DNA of 64,000 nt from an uncultured Verrucomicrobiota bacterium (GCA_937860055.1 CALMBO010000029.1:425372-489371), one strand, 5' to 3'; positions 37,049 through 46,833 are shown, counted from the first letter of the stretch. Program-made: numbers and translations. Notes: generated by a model not told the origin, from the sequence alone.

Positions 37049-37082
37049 GTCCGCTCCTCCTTGCCGGCCGCGCCGGCGCCCC

Positions 37083-38453
37083 CTACGGGGCCGGCGGCGG
37101 CAGCGCCGCCGCGGCTTCCTCCAGCACCTTCACCCGCGCCGCAACCTCCGCCGAACGGGGATCGGACGGGAACCGGCGCTCGAAATCGCGATAGGTCGCC
37201 GTCCCCTTGCCGGTCATCCCCAGCTTCTCCCCGTACGTCCCCGCCAGCTCCCACAGCGCATCGGCGTTCCCCGCCTCGAGCTGCACCAGCTTGCGCAGCG
37301 AAACAACCGTGGTGTCGTACTCCTCCAGCGCGGAGGACGCCCGCGCCAGGTTCAGCAGCACCATCGGGTTCTCCGGATCGAGCGCCTGCGCCTTCATCAG
37401 CGCGGCCTGCGCCTCGCGCGGCTGGTTCTGCCGCATCCAATGCTCGCCCGCCTCCAGCTGCACCGCCGCGCGGTCGCCGAACACCTCCAGCGCGCGCCGC
37501 AGGATCTCGCCGGCCTGCGCCGGGTCGCCGCCCTCGCGCGACAGCTCCAGCGCCCGCAGCGCCTGCGTGTACGCCGCCTCCCGGTCGCCCGCCTCCAGCG
37601 CCTCCTGCGCCTGCGTCCACCATACGCCCGCCGTCATCTTCGGCTGCGCCGGCGCCTGAGCCTGGAACGAGGTCTGTTCGATCGCCTGCCCCCCGATGCG
37701 CCGGGAAGCCGCCTCCGCCCGCCCCCCCTGCGGCGCCGCCGCCAGATACTGGCGGAAATACTCGCGCGCCTGCTCCTCGTGCCCCTGCGTCTGCGCGTGC
37801 ACCACGCCCAGGTTGTAGAGCGCCGCCGGATAGTCCTTGCTCATCTCCAGCGCCTGCATGAAGAACGTCTCCGCCTGCGCCAGGTTCCCCTCCAGCAGCG
37901 CGATGCGCCCCAGCCCCGCCGCCGCCTCCGCCGACTGCGGCGCCCGCTTCTGCGCCTCGAAATACATCCGCTTCGCCAGGTCCCAGCGCCCGTTCCGCGT
38001 CGTCCAGTCGCCGATCCGCAGCAGCGCCCGCGTGTCCTCCAGGTCGAGATCCGCCGCCCGCCGCAGCAGCGAGATGCCGCGCGACATGTCGCCGAGATCC
38101 AGCGAGAGGCACCCGAGGTTGTACACCGGCTCGAACGCCGCCGGATCCAGCCTCGACGCGCCCTCGAAGTTCGCCGCCGCCTCCGCCGTTTGCCCCAGCT
38201 CCCAGTTCGCCAGCCCCAGCCAATTCTGCGCCTCGGCCGCAAAGGCCCCCTCCGGAGCGCGCTCCAGCGCCGATTCCAGCCGCGCCCGGCCTTTCGCCAG
38301 CTCGCCCTTCTTCAGCAGCGACAGCCCCGCCTCGTAGTCCTTCTCCGGCGTCGCCTTCCCGCAGCCCGCCAGCAGCAGCGCCGCCAGGGCCAGCGCCATC
38401 CCGGCCGCCGCCGGCCCCTGAACCCGGAACCCTGACCCCTGAACTCTCATCAT
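37083..38453 (-). CDS. TPR-repeat lipoprotein
   Basis: Start set at MMRVQGSG..., whose ATG overlaps the yjbQ stop (ATGA). The lipobox is LLLAGCGK. At least eight TPR-like repeats follow (AEAQNWLGLANWELGQTAEA..., YNLGVVHAQTQGHEEQAREYF...). Confidence 0.7.
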   Translation of the reverse strand: MMRVQGSGFRVQGPAAAGMALALAALLLAGCGKATPEKDYEAGLSLLKKGELAKGRARLESALERAPEGAFAAEAQNWLGLANWELGQTAEAAANFEGASRLDPAAFEPVYNLGCLSLDLGDMSRGISLLRRAADLDLEDTRALLRIGDWTTRNGRWDLAKRMYFEAQKRAPQSAEAAAGLGRIALLEGNLAQAETFFMQALEMSKDYPAALYNLGVVHAQTQGHEEQAREYFRQYLAAAPQGGRAEAASRRIGGQAIEQTSFQAQAPAQPKMTAGVWWTQAQEALEAGDREAAYTQALRALELSREGGDPAQAGEILRRALEVFGDRAAVQLEAGEHWMRQNQPREAQAALMKAQALDPENPMVLLNLARASSALEEYDTTVVSLRKLVQLEAGNADALWELAGTYGEKLGMTGKGTATYRDFERRFPSDPRSAEVAARVKVLEEAAAALPPPAP

Positions 38454-38848
38454 GCCTCCTTGACCGGCGTCAGCCACAGCTCCCGCGCGCGCGGCCCGTC
38501 GAATTCGCACAGGAAAATCCCCTGCCAGGTCCCCATCGCCAGCCGTCCTCCCCGCACCGGCACCCAGGCCGAAACGCCCACCAGCGCCGTCTGGATGTGC
38601 GCCGCCGAATTGCCCTCCGCGTGCGCATAGCCCGCGCTCCACGGCACCAGCTTCGACAGCGCCTGCTCCATGTCCGCCGCCACGTCCGGATCCGCCTGCT
38701 CGTTCACGGTCACCCCCGCCGTCGTGTGCGGTGAATGCACGTGCAACAGGCCGTCCCATGCCGGCAGCTTCGCCAGGGCGGCCTGGATCGCCCGTGTCAC
38801 GGGCACGAGTTCCGTCCGCCGGGAAGTTGTGATGGATATTTTGACCAT
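38450..38848 (-). CDS. YjbQ/UPF0047 family protein (secondary thiamine-phosphate synthase-like)
   Basis: 132 aa (MVKISITTSRRTELVPVT...LHVHSPHTTAGVTVNE...HAEGNSAAHIQ). Confidence 0.8.
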   Translation of the reverse strand: MVKISITTSRRTELVPVTRAIQAALAKLPAWDGLLHVHSPHTTAGVTVNEQADPDVAADMEQALSKLVPWSAGYAHAEGNSAAHIQTALVGVSAWVPVRGGRLAMGTWQGIFLCEFDGPRARELWLTPVKEA

Positions 38849-38932
38849 GTCCCGATACTATACGCATTGTTTCGGATTGCGGAAAGTGAAACCTGCGCCT
38901 CCATCCTGTTTCCCCCTGCGCCGGGAGAGCCC

Positions 38933-40177
38933 ATGACGTCGCTCCTCCTGGTGGTCTTGTTCCTGCTGCTGCTGGCCGGCTCCGCCTTCTGCTCCAGCGC
39001 GGAAACGGCTTATTTTTCCATCGACCCCATCCAGCTCCGCCGCATCGCCGAGAAACGCCCCGCCACCGGCGAACGCCTCCGCGCCCTCCTCGCCAACCCC
39101 ACCCGCCTGCTCTCCACCATCCTCATCGGCAACACCCTCGTCAACCTCGCCCTCGCCAACGTCGGCTATCTCCTCGCCGAACGCTGGATCCCCGCCTACG
39201 CGGAGGCCGTCGCCATCCCCGCCGTGACCCTCCTGCTGATCTTCTTCGGCGAGGTCGGCCCCAAGAACATCGGCCTGCTCTACACCTCCGTCCTCGTCCG
39301 CCTCTATGGCCCCCCCCTTCGCTTCGCCGAGCGTCTCCTCTTCCCTCTCCGTTTCGTGCTCGACCTCGTCAGCCGCCGCCTTGTCCACCTCTTCCGCCCC
39401 ATGGGCAAAACCCTCTCCGAGGAGGAATTCGAGACCGTCCTCGACATCTCCCGCGAGGAGGGCATCCTCAACGCCGACGAACTCGCCATGATCAAGGCCA
39501 TCGTCGACCTCGAGGACCTCCACGCCTCCGACGTCATGACCCCCCGCGTCGATTTCATCGGCATCGACCTCGGCGATCCCTCCGTGAACGCTGTCGAGAC
39601 CGCCCGCAAGGCGCGGCGCAACTTCCTCATCCTCTACCGCGGCCAGTTCGACGAAATCGCCGGCTTCCTCGACGTCCGCAAGTTCCTCCTCGATCCCGCC
39701 CACTCCCTCCCCGCCGCCACCCTCCCCCCTGTCTTCGTCCCCGAAAGCATCCACCTCAACCGCCTCCTCGTCCGCTTCCAGAAGGACAAGATCCGCATCG
39801 CCGTCGTCGTCGATGAATACGGCGGCGCCGCCGGCGTCGTCACCCGCGGCGACATCCTCGAGGAAATCACCGGCGACATCTACAACGAGCTCTCCAAGCC
39901 CCGCCCCATCTTCCAGTCCGCCGGCCCCTACGCCTGGCTCGTCGACGCCAACATCTCCCTCGAGGAAATCAACCGCAAGCTCCGCCTCGACCTCCAGGCC
40001 CAGACCTCCGACCGCCTCGCCGGCTGGATCACCGAGCACCTCGGCAGCGTCCCCAAGCAGGACGACGTCGTCCAGACCCAGGGCGTCCGCGTCCGCGTCA
40101 TGCAGACTATCCGCCTCCGCGTCACCCTCGCCCACATCGAGAAGCTCGACGCCCTCCGGACCGGAGGCCCCGCATGA
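38933..40177 (+). CDS. CNNM/CorC-HlyC family membrane protein (DUF21 + CBS pair + CorC_HlyC transporter-associated domain)
   Basis: Start at MTSLLLVVLFLLLLAG. There are four TM helices, a CBS pair (DVMTPRVDF...IAVVVDEYGG) and a C-terminal CorC domain (VDANISLEEIN). Confidence 0.8.
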   Translation: MTSLLLVVLFLLLLAGSAFCSSAETAYFSIDPIQLRRIAEKRPATGERLRALLANPTRLLSTILIGNTLVNLALANVGYLLAERWIPAYAEAVAIPAVTLLLIFFGEVGPKNIGLLYTSVLVRLYGPPLRFAERLLFPLRFVLDLVSRRLVHLFRPMGKTLSEEEFETVLDISREEGILNADELAMIKAIVDLEDLHASDVMTPRVDFIGIDLGDPSVNAVETARKARRNFLILYRGQFDEIAGFLDVRKFLLDPAHSLPAATLPPVFVPESIHLNRLLVRFQKDKIRIAVVVDEYGGAAGVVTRGDILEEITGDIYNELSKPRPIFQSAGPYAWLVDANISLEEINRKLRLDLQAQTSDRLAGWITEHLGSVPKQDDVVQTQGVRVRVMQTIRLRVTLAHIEKLDALRTGGPA

Positions 40178-41142
40178 TGACGCTCGAACTCGTCCTGCTG
40201 CTCCTCTGCCTCGTCGGCGCCGCCTTCTTCGCCGGCATCGAGACCGGCATCATCTCCATCAACCGCCTCCGCCTCCAGCACCTCGTCCGCCGCCAGGTCC
40301 CCGGCGCCAAGACCATCCGCCACTTCCTCACCCACTCCGACCTCCTCCTCGGCACCACCCTCATCGGCACCAACCTCCTCCACGTCGTCAGCGCCGTGCT
40401 CGCCGCCTCCATCGGCCAGCGCCTGGCCGGCGCCGCCGGCGCGACCGCCGCCGGCGTCGTCATGCTCTTCGTCACCCTCGTGCTCTGCGAATACATCCCC
40501 AAGGCCTGGTTCCAGGCCGCCCCCGCCCGCCGCACCATCCCCCTCGCCGCCATCCTGCGCACCGCCTCCTGGATCCTCCTGCCCTTCACCTTCCTCGTCA
40601 ACCTCGTCGTCCGCTGGACCCTCCCCCGCCGCGACGCCAAGGAGGTCGAGGACAAAATGCTCGTCTCCCGCGAAGAACTCCTCCACCTCGCCCGCGAAGG
40701 CGAACAGTCCGGCGTCCTCACCAAGCACGAGTCCGAAATGATCCACGGTGTCTTCGAACTCACCCACAAAACCTGCGACGCCCTCATGACCCCCCGCGAC
40801 AAGATGGCTTTCGTCCCCGTCACCGCCACCCCCGACGAGATCCTTGCCCTCGCCCGCACCCGCGAATTCAACCGCCTTCCCGTCTACGACCCCTCCCAGA
40901 AATCCTTCGCCGGCGTCGTCCATATCTTCGACATCCTTGCCGACGACGCCCCCGCCGGAAAGACCGCCGCCGACTACATGCGCCCCCCCCAGCTCGTCGC
41001 CTCCTACCTTCCCGTCGACCACCTCCTCCCCCGCATGCGCGTCACCCGCCTCCCCCTCTTCCTCGTCACCGACGACCGCTACGAGGTCATCGGCCTCATC
41101 ACCCTCGAAGACGTCCTCCGCGAAGTCACTGGCGAGGATTGA
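40174..41142 (+). CDS. CNNM-family paralog (DUF21 + CBS pair, no CorC_HlyC tail)
   Basis: 322 aa with an ATGA overlap with the upstream paralog (GIETGIISINRLRLQHL..., ALMTPRDKMAFV). Confidence 0.8.
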   Translation: MMTLELVLLLLCLVGAAFFAGIETGIISINRLRLQHLVRRQVPGAKTIRHFLTHSDLLLGTTLIGTNLLHVVSAVLAASIGQRLAGAAGATAAGVVMLFVTLVLCEYIPKAWFQAAPARRTIPLAAILRTASWILLPFTFLVNLVVRWTLPRRDAKEVEDKMLVSREELLHLAREGEQSGVLTKHESEMIHGVFELTHKTCDALMTPRDKMAFVPVTATPDEILALARTREFNRLPVYDPSQKSFAGVVHIFDILADDAPAGKTAADYMRPPQLVASYLPVDHLLPRMRVTRLPLFLVTDDRYEVIGLITLEDVLREVTGED

Positions 41143-41147
41143 AAATA

Positions 41148-41253
41148 GGGGGAAGGGTTCGGGATTCTGGGGGCAGGGCACGATCCATCTGTCGATCCCG
41201 CCTGTCCGATCGAACCCGTTTTCCCTGCCCCCCTGAACTCTGAACCCTTCCCC
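41148..41253. repeat. approx 106-nt imperfect inverted repeat (31-nt arms) directly 3' of the CNNM pair
   Basis: The left arm is GGGGGAAGGGTTCGGGATTCTGGGGGCAGGG. The reverse complement of the right arm is GGGGAAGGGTTCAGAGTTCAGGGGGGCAGGG, matching at about 24 of 31 positions. The arms flank a 44-nt loop. Confidence 0.55.
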
Positions 41254-41312
41254 TCCCTTCCCCCTCTTCTCCCTCCTTGCCCTCCCCGCCCCTTTCCGCT
41301 AGGTTTCCATCC

Positions 41313-42296
41313 ATGAGCGAATCCTCCCATTTGGAAAAGGCCCAGGCCGTCTTCGACGTCGAGATCGCCGCCCTGCAGCGCACCCGCGGGCGCCTCGACG
41401 GCGCCTTCGACGCCGCCGTCGACCTCCTCCAGGCCACCCTCGCCAACGGCGGCAAGATCATCGTCACCGGCGTCGGCAAGTCCTTCCACATCGGCCAGAA
41501 GATCGCCGCCACCCTCACCAGCACCGGCGCCCCCGCCAACGTCCTCCACCCCTCCGAGGCCATGCACGGAGACCTCGGGCTGCTCCAGGGCGAGGATGCC
41601 GTCCTCGCCCTCTCCTACTCCGGCGAATCCGACGAACTCGTCAACCTCCTCCCCGTCCTCAAGCGCACCGGCGTCCGCATCGTCGCCCTCACCGGCGACC
41701 TCGCCTCCACCCTCGCCCGGCATTCGGACATCGTCCTCGACGCCTCCGTCGAGCGCGAAGCCTGCCCCTTCAACCTCGTCCCCACCGCCTCCACCACCGT
41801 CGCCCTCGCCATCGGCGACGCCCTCGCCATCGCCCTCCTCGACGCCCGCGGCCTCACCCGCGAGGAATACGCCACCTTCCACCCCGGCGGCGCCATCGGC
41901 CGCGCCCTCCTCCTCAAGGTCGACGACATCATGCGCACCGGCGACCGCCTCGCCTCCGTCCCCCTCTCCGCCAGCGTCCGCGACGCCGTCATCGCCATGA
42001 CCAAGGTCCAGGCCGGCGCCGTCGCCGTCGTCGATGCCGCCCGCCGCGTCGTCGGCCTTTTCACCGATGGCGACCTCCGCCGCTATCTCGCCGGCGGCGC
42101 CACCGACGTCCAGACCCGCCCCGTCGCCGACCTCATGACGAAGAACCCCTCCTCCGTCCGCTCCGGCCGCCTCGCCGCCGACGCCCTCGCCATCTTCCAG
42201 AAACACCGCTTCGACGACCTCGTCGTCCTGAACGCCGACGGCACCCTTGCCGGCATGATCGACATCCAGGACCTGCCCAAGTTCAAGATCCTGTAA
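41313..42296 (+). CDS. kpsF: arabinose-5-phosphate isomerase KpsF/GutQ (SIS + CBS)
   Basis: SIS motif GKIIVTGVGKSFHIGQKIAATLTSTG and a C-terminal CBS pair. The ORF could start at a TTG at 41277, but the ATG at 41313 is preferred. Confidence 0.8.
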   Translation: MSESSHLEKAQAVFDVEIAALQRTRGRLDGAFDAAVDLLQATLANGGKIIVTGVGKSFHIGQKIAATLTSTGAPANVLHPSEAMHGDLGLLQGEDAVLALSYSGESDELVNLLPVLKRTGVRIVALTGDLASTLARHSDIVLDASVEREACPFNLVPTASTTVALAIGDALAIALLDARGLTREEYATFHPGGAIGRALLLKVDDIMRTGDRLASVPLSASVRDAVIAMTKVQAGAVAVVDAARRVVGLFTDGDLRRYLAGGATDVQTRPVADLMTKNPSSVRSGRLAADALAIFQKHRFDDLVVLNADGTLAGMIDIQDLPKFKIL

Positions 42297-42321
42297 CCCC
42301 CCCTTCCGAAAGGAGGCCCCC

Positions 42322-42738
42322 ATGAGCAACCGCCGCATCTTCATCACCCGCCAGGACCGCGAACGCCTCACCCTCATGCTGGACGAGGCCCTCGCCGGCA
42401 AGCACCGCGACGCCGCCTCCCTCAAGGAACTCTCCCGCGAACTCTCCATTGCCGAAACCGTCGACCCCAAGGCCGTCCCCCCCGATGTCGTCACCATGAA
42501 TTCCCGCGTCGTCGTCAAGGACATGGAAACCGGCGAATCCTCGGAATACACCCTCGTCTTCCCCGAACAGGCCGATGTCGAACAAGGCCGCCTCTCGGTC
42601 GTTTCCCCCATCGGCACCGCCATCCTCGGCTACGCCAAGGGCGACACCCTCGTCTGGCAGACCCCCGGCGGCTCCCGCCAGATCCGGATCGAAGATGTCC
42701 TCTACCAGCCCGAAGCCGCCGGCGATTACCATCTCTAG
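42322..42738 (+). CDS. rnk: GreA/GreB-family regulator of nucleoside diphosphate kinase (Rnk-like)
   Basis: 138 aa with a GreA C-terminal-domain-like fold (VSPIGTAILGYAKGDTLVWQTPGG). Confidence 0.7.
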   Translation: MSNRRIFITRQDRERLTLMLDEALAGKHRDAASLKELSRELSIAETVDPKAVPPDVVTMNSRVVVKDMETGESSEYTLVFPEQADVEQGRLSVVSPIGTAILGYAKGDTLVWQTPGGSRQIRIEDVLYQPEAAGDYHL

Positions 42739-42739
42739 C

Positions 42740-43747
42740 ATGCCCTCCCTCGTCATCAATTCCTCCCCCCCCGTCGAGGTCCCCGCCGGCATTTCCCTCC
42801 TCGAAGCCTGCGCCTCCCATGGCATCCTCCTCCCCTCGGCCTGCGGCGGACGCGGCTTCTGCGGCCGCTGCGCCGTCGAGGTCGTCTCCGGCGACCTCGC
42901 GCCTCCCACCCTGGCGGAGGAAAACAAGATCCTCGGCGAAGACCGCGCCAAGGGTCTGCGCCTCGCTTGCCAGGCCCGCATCCGGGGCGACGTCGAGATC
43001 CGCCTCGCCCCCGAAATCCTCGCCGTCCGCCGGCACACCGGCAAGCTCGTCGCCAAGACCCTCGTCACCGCCGATATCGCCCACCTCCGCATCGCCGTGG
43101 ACGAGAAGCCCCCCTTCTCCTTCCGCGCGGGCCAGTACATCCAGTTCGAAGCCCCCGTCGCCCCTCCCCCCGCCAAGCCCCTCCTGCGCGCCTACTCCAT
43201 GGCCGTCGCCCCTTCCGATCCCCTCCATATCGAGCTGATGGTCCGCCAGGTCCCCAATGGCACCTGCTCCACCTGGATCCACCAGAATCTCCAGCCCGGC
43301 CAGCCCGTCGCCTTCCGCGGCCCCTTCGGCGATTTCCATCTCTCCGGCACGCGGGCCCCCCTGGTCGGCATCGCCGGCAGCTCCGGCATGGCCCCCCTCC
43401 GCTCCATCTTCCAGGACATGCTGTTCCGCGGCATCCAGCGGCCCGCGCGGTTTTTCTTCGGCGCCCGCACCCGGCAGGACCTGTTCCTGCTCGACGAATG
43501 GGCCGGATTCGAAAAGAAGGCCCCGTGGTTCGAGTTCATCCCCGTCCTCTCCCATGAACCCGCGAATTCCCCCTGGAAGGGCGAGCGCGGCCTCGTCACC
43601 GACGCCGTCGCCCGGCGCCTCCCCGATCTGACCGGCCAGGAAGCCTATCTCTGCGGTTCCCCCGGCATGATCGATGCCGCCATGGCGGTCCTCACCGCCC
43701 GCGGCATGCCCCACGAACACATCTTCTTCGACCGCTTCAGCGTCTAG
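42740..43747 (+). CDS. 2Fe-2S ferredoxin-NAD(P)+ reductase-family oxidoreductase (plant-type Fdx domain + FAD/NAD-binding domain)
   Basis: Start at MPSLVINSS, 1 nt after the rnk stop. The Fdx cysteine cluster is CGGRGFCGRCAV. The FNR-like motifs are RAYSMAV, GPFGDF and GIAGSSGMAPL. Confidence 0.75.
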   Translation: MPSLVINSSPPVEVPAGISLLEACASHGILLPSACGGRGFCGRCAVEVVSGDLAPPTLAEENKILGEDRAKGLRLACQARIRGDVEIRLAPEILAVRRHTGKLVAKTLVTADIAHLRIAVDEKPPFSFRAGQYIQFEAPVAPPPAKPLLRAYSMAVAPSDPLHIELMVRQVPNGTCSTWIHQNLQPGQPVAFRGPFGDFHLSGTRAPLVGIAGSSGMAPLRSIFQDMLFRGIQRPARFFFGARTRQDLFLLDEWAGFEKKAPWFEFIPVLSHEPANSPWKGERGLVTDAVARRLPDLTGQEAYLCGSPGMIDAAMAVLTARGMPHEHIFFDRFSV

Positions 43748-43810
43748 GGCGGGTTCCGGTTTTCTCCCGTCGGCCCTCCGTCGCCGGCCGGACGCCCTCT
43801 CAAAAGCAAA

Positions 43811-43839
43811 TCGCCGGCCCCGCGAACGGGACCGGCGAT
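43811..43839. terminator. hairpin between convergent genes
   Basis: TCGCCGGcCCC-gcgaac-GGGaCCGGCGA. Confidence 0.4.
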
Positions 43840-43860
43840 CTGGCGCGGCGGTTCCGCCGC

Positions 43861-46833
43861 CTACGGGGAGGTCAATCCGATGCGGATGATCTTGCGCGAG
43901 CCGGAAACCGTCGTGATTGTGACGTTCGAGCCGCTCACCGTGTAGTGCACGCCCGCCGTCAGGTTCGAGAAGACCAGGGCCGCCCCCGTCACCACCGTGT
44001 CCGCCCCGTACACCGTTCCGAGCGAGTAGCCGCCCGGCACGGTGAAGAGGAAGTTGCCGGTGCCGTTCAGCGCCAGCGTCACGGGCGGAATGTCCACGTC
44101 CGCCGGCGCCGACACCGAAGGCGTCACGCTGTTGCTCGCGATGGGCAGCGCGCCGGCATCCAGCGCCGTCGCCGACAGGAAATAGGTGCCCGCCGTCGCC
44201 GGCGTGAAAGAGAACGCGCCGGTTCCCGAATCCCAGTTGTAGATCACGTCGGCGTCCGCCGGATCCTTCAGGACAAAGGCCCAGCTCGACGCCGTGCCGT
44301 TCTGCAGCGTGATCGTGTAGTTCATCTGCACGCCCACCGTGCCCGTCGTGTCGCCCACGATGGACACCGACGGGACAACCGCCCCTTCGGGATGGACGCC
44401 CGGCGTCATGTCTTCCGTGTTGGCCACGGCCGGAATCGTCCATTCCGAAGCCGTCCACGTCGGGTTGCCCTGGAAAACGCCGTTGTTCCGGAACGCACGG
44501 CGATCGGTATACTCCCAGGCCATTCCCGTGCCGTCCTGGCCGATCACGCCGTGCGCATCCTCCAGGATGCCGCTCACGCTGTTGCCGCCGCTGAAGAGGA
44601 AGTAGCCGTCATCGCCGTTCCCGTCCACCGTGCCGCTGGTATGGTTCGGCGCGGGGGACGTCGGATACGCCGTCGCGAAGTTCGTGCTGCCGGCGATCAC
44701 GTAGGTCGAACCGGCCGCCACCGTGCCCGTCAGCGCGATGTTGCCCCACGTGGTGCCGTTGATCTGGCGCGCCAGATACCAGCTTCCCGCCGTCAGGTCG
44801 ATGCTGGAAACTCCCGCGTTGTAAAGCTCGACAAAGCGCCCGCCCGTCGCGTTGTTGCTCGGGTCGGCCACCTCGGAAATGATCAGGACGCTGGGCTCGT
44901 GGTACACGAACTCCACCGTCACCGTCACCGGCGAGGCCGGCATGACGAACGTGTTCCCGACCACCGGCGCCGGCGTCATCGTCTCGTCCAGCACTGTGAT
45001 CGTGCTGACCAGGTAGCTGGCATCCGGAGTGGCGGTGATGGCAACCGTCGTCCCTTCGATGGCCTGTCCCGCCGGCGTTGTCGACACCGTGCCGTTTGTC
45101 GGCGTCGTGATCGTGATCGCATAGGGCGTTTTCACGCTGAAGTTGATCGAATTCGTCACGCTCGCCGCGGTGCCGTCCGTCGCCACCACCGTCGCCGAAT
45201 AATCGCCCGCCGGCGCCGTCGCCAGGATCGTGAATACGTTGTCCACCGCCGTGTAGTACGACCCGCCCAGCGTGCTGCTCCAGGAATAGCCGTAGGGCTC
45301 CGTCCCGTTCGCCGCCGTCGCCGTGATGGCCTCGCTCACCCCCTGCGTCACGGCGAACCCGCCCGTCCTGTCGAAGGTCACGTTGAACGTCGCCGCGCCG
45401 AACCAGATCCCGATGTCGTCGATGTTCACCCGGTCGCCGTCGCCGGTGAGCGTCAGGAACTGGACATAGGTCATGTTCGCCGGAATGGTGTCGATGACGC
45501 CCTCCATCAACGTCGCGCCGCTAGGATCGTAGGCGGCTTCGCCCACGTCGGTCCACGACACGCCATCCTGGCTGACCTGCACCTTGAAAGTTGTCGTGTT
45601 GTCCGTGCCGTAGTCGGCATACAGGAAGCTGATCTTGCTGATGGGCTGGGCAAACGCCTCGGCCGTGGCGATATAACCGGCGTTGGTGCTCAGGTAGCGG
45701 ATGCGGACCGAGGCCGCCCCGTTCTTCGGATCGCTGGTGGTCGTCCCCCGCAGCGCACCGTCGTGCCGCATCAGGACGCCGCTGACCGTCGAAGTGCCGG
45801 GAGCATAGCTGCTCAGGCCCGTCACGGTTTCGAAATCGATCAGGGTGTCGGGCGCCACGTAGACTTCGAACAAAACCGTCACCGTGACGGCCGAGGCCGG
45901 CATGGTGAAAGTGTTGCCCGTCAGCGCCACCGGATTCAATCCCTCGTCCAGCACCGTGATGCTGGCCACGCGGTACCCCGAGTCCGGCGTCGCCGTGATC
46001 GTCACGGTTTGGCCTTCGATGGCCTGGGTTGGCGGATCGGTCGTCACCGTGCCGTTCGTCGGCGCCGTGACCGTGATCGCATAGACAGGCACCACGTTGA
46101 ACGTGATGGCGTTGGTCACGCTCCGGGCGGCGCCATCCGTGGCCACCACCGTCGTCGTGTAGGCGCCCACCGGCGCGGCCGAGCTGATGTTGAACATGTT
46201 GTCGTTGGTCGCGTAGTAGCTGGAATCCAGCGTGCTGCTCCACGCAAAGCTGTAGGGTTCCGTCCCGTTCAATGCCGTCGCCGTGATCGCCGTGGCGGAG
46301 CCTTCAGGCACCAGGAATCCATCGGTCCGGTCAAACGTCACAAGGAAATCGGTCGCGCCGGCGGTGATTTGCACGCCATCCACGCCGACATTGCCGGCAA
46401 CCTTGGTCACGTAGTTGAACCGTACATAGCGCGACGCGTTCTTCAGGACATTCGTCACCGGTGCGGCCGTGGTGGGGATGCCGCTGCCGTTGTAGGCCGC
46501 CACGTCGGTCCAGCTCGCGCCATCCGTGGATTCCTCCACCTTGAAGACATAGGCGCCGCTGAGTGTGTTTGCCCGGAGCCAATACGAAACCTCGCCGGGC
46601 GCGCTGTCGAAGTTGATGGTCAGGATGTCCCCCGTCGTGTCGAATTTGGCCGCGCCGCCGCCAACGCCGTCATAACTGGTCGCATAGTCCGTTCCCAAAC
46701 CCGACTGCGTCCATCCCGTCGGCAGGAAGCTGTTCGTCCAAGGCCCCGACCAGCTGGTGGGAAGCGTCGCCTGCCCCATCGCCGTCGCCGCCAACATCCC
46801 GACACACGCCAACCCAACCAACCACTTTTTCAT
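43861..46833 (-). CDS. large exported protein: N-terminal jelly-roll-like domain shared with the downstream paralog, two approx 165-aa InlB-B-repeat-like modules, lamin-tail domain (LTD), C-terminal beta-rich region
   Basis: 990 aa with signal peptide MKKWLVGLACVGMLAATAMGQA. The duplicated module begins ATDFLVTFDRTDGF...ITATPDSGYRVASITV...MPASAVTVTVLF and recurs as AATFNVTFDRTGGF.... The LTD is SVLIISEVADPSNNATGGRFVELYNAGVSSIDLTAGSWYL...STYVIAGS. Confidence 0.8.
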   Translation of the reverse strand: MKKWLVGLACVGMLAATAMGQATLPTSWSGPWTNSFLPTGWTQSGLGTDYATSYDGVGGGAAKFDTTGDILTINFDSAPGEVSYWLRANTLSGAYVFKVEESTDGASWTDVAAYNGSGIPTTAAPVTNVLKNASRYVRFNYVTKVAGNVGVDGVQITAGATDFLVTFDRTDGFLVPEGSATAITATALNGTEPYSFAWSSTLDSSYYATNDNMFNISSAAPVGAYTTTVVATDGAARSVTNAITFNVVPVYAITVTAPTNGTVTTDPPTQAIEGQTVTITATPDSGYRVASITVLDEGLNPVALTGNTFTMPASAVTVTVLFEVYVAPDTLIDFETVTGLSSYAPGTSTVSGVLMRHDGALRGTTTSDPKNGAASVRIRYLSTNAGYIATAEAFAQPISKISFLYADYGTDNTTTFKVQVSQDGVSWTDVGEAAYDPSGATLMEGVIDTIPANMTYVQFLTLTGDGDRVNIDDIGIWFGAATFNVTFDRTGGFAVTQGVSEAITATAANGTEPYGYSWSSTLGGSYYTAVDNVFTILATAPAGDYSATVVATDGTAASVTNSINFSVKTPYAITITTPTNGTVSTTPAGQAIEGTTVAITATPDASYLVSTITVLDETMTPAPVVGNTFVMPASPVTVTVEFVYHEPSVLIISEVADPSNNATGGRFVELYNAGVSSIDLTAGSWYLARQINGTTWGNIALTGTVAAGSTYVIAGSTNFATAYPTSPAPNHTSGTVDGNGDDGYFLFSGGNSVSGILEDAHGVIGQDGTGMAWEYTDRRAFRNNGVFQGNPTWTASEWTIPAVANTEDMTPGVHPEGAVVPSVSIVGDTTGTVGVQMNYTITLQNGTASSWAFVLKDPADADVIYNWDSGTGAFSFTPATAGTYFLSATALDAGALPIASNSVTPSVSAPADVDIPPVTLALNGTGNFLFTVPGGYSLGTVYGADTVVTGAALVFSNLTAGVHYTVSGSNVTITTVSGSRKIIRIGLTSP
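44899..46356. repeat. two approx 500-bp homologous coding repeats separated by about 460 bp inside the 43861..46833 CDS
   Basis: Protein residues approx 160-325 and 480-645 are about 60 % identical. Confidence 0.65.

Noticed and set aside
38418-38452. GTTCAGGGG/CTGAAC-type motif at the TPR-lipoprotein start, resembling the right arm of the 41148..41253 inverted repeat.
   Set aside because: The shared core is only about 12 nt. Here it is coding: it reads MMRVQGSGFRVQGP and forms the positively charged n-region of the lipoprotein signal peptide. Similarity to the distant element is most likely coincidental C/G-rich composition.
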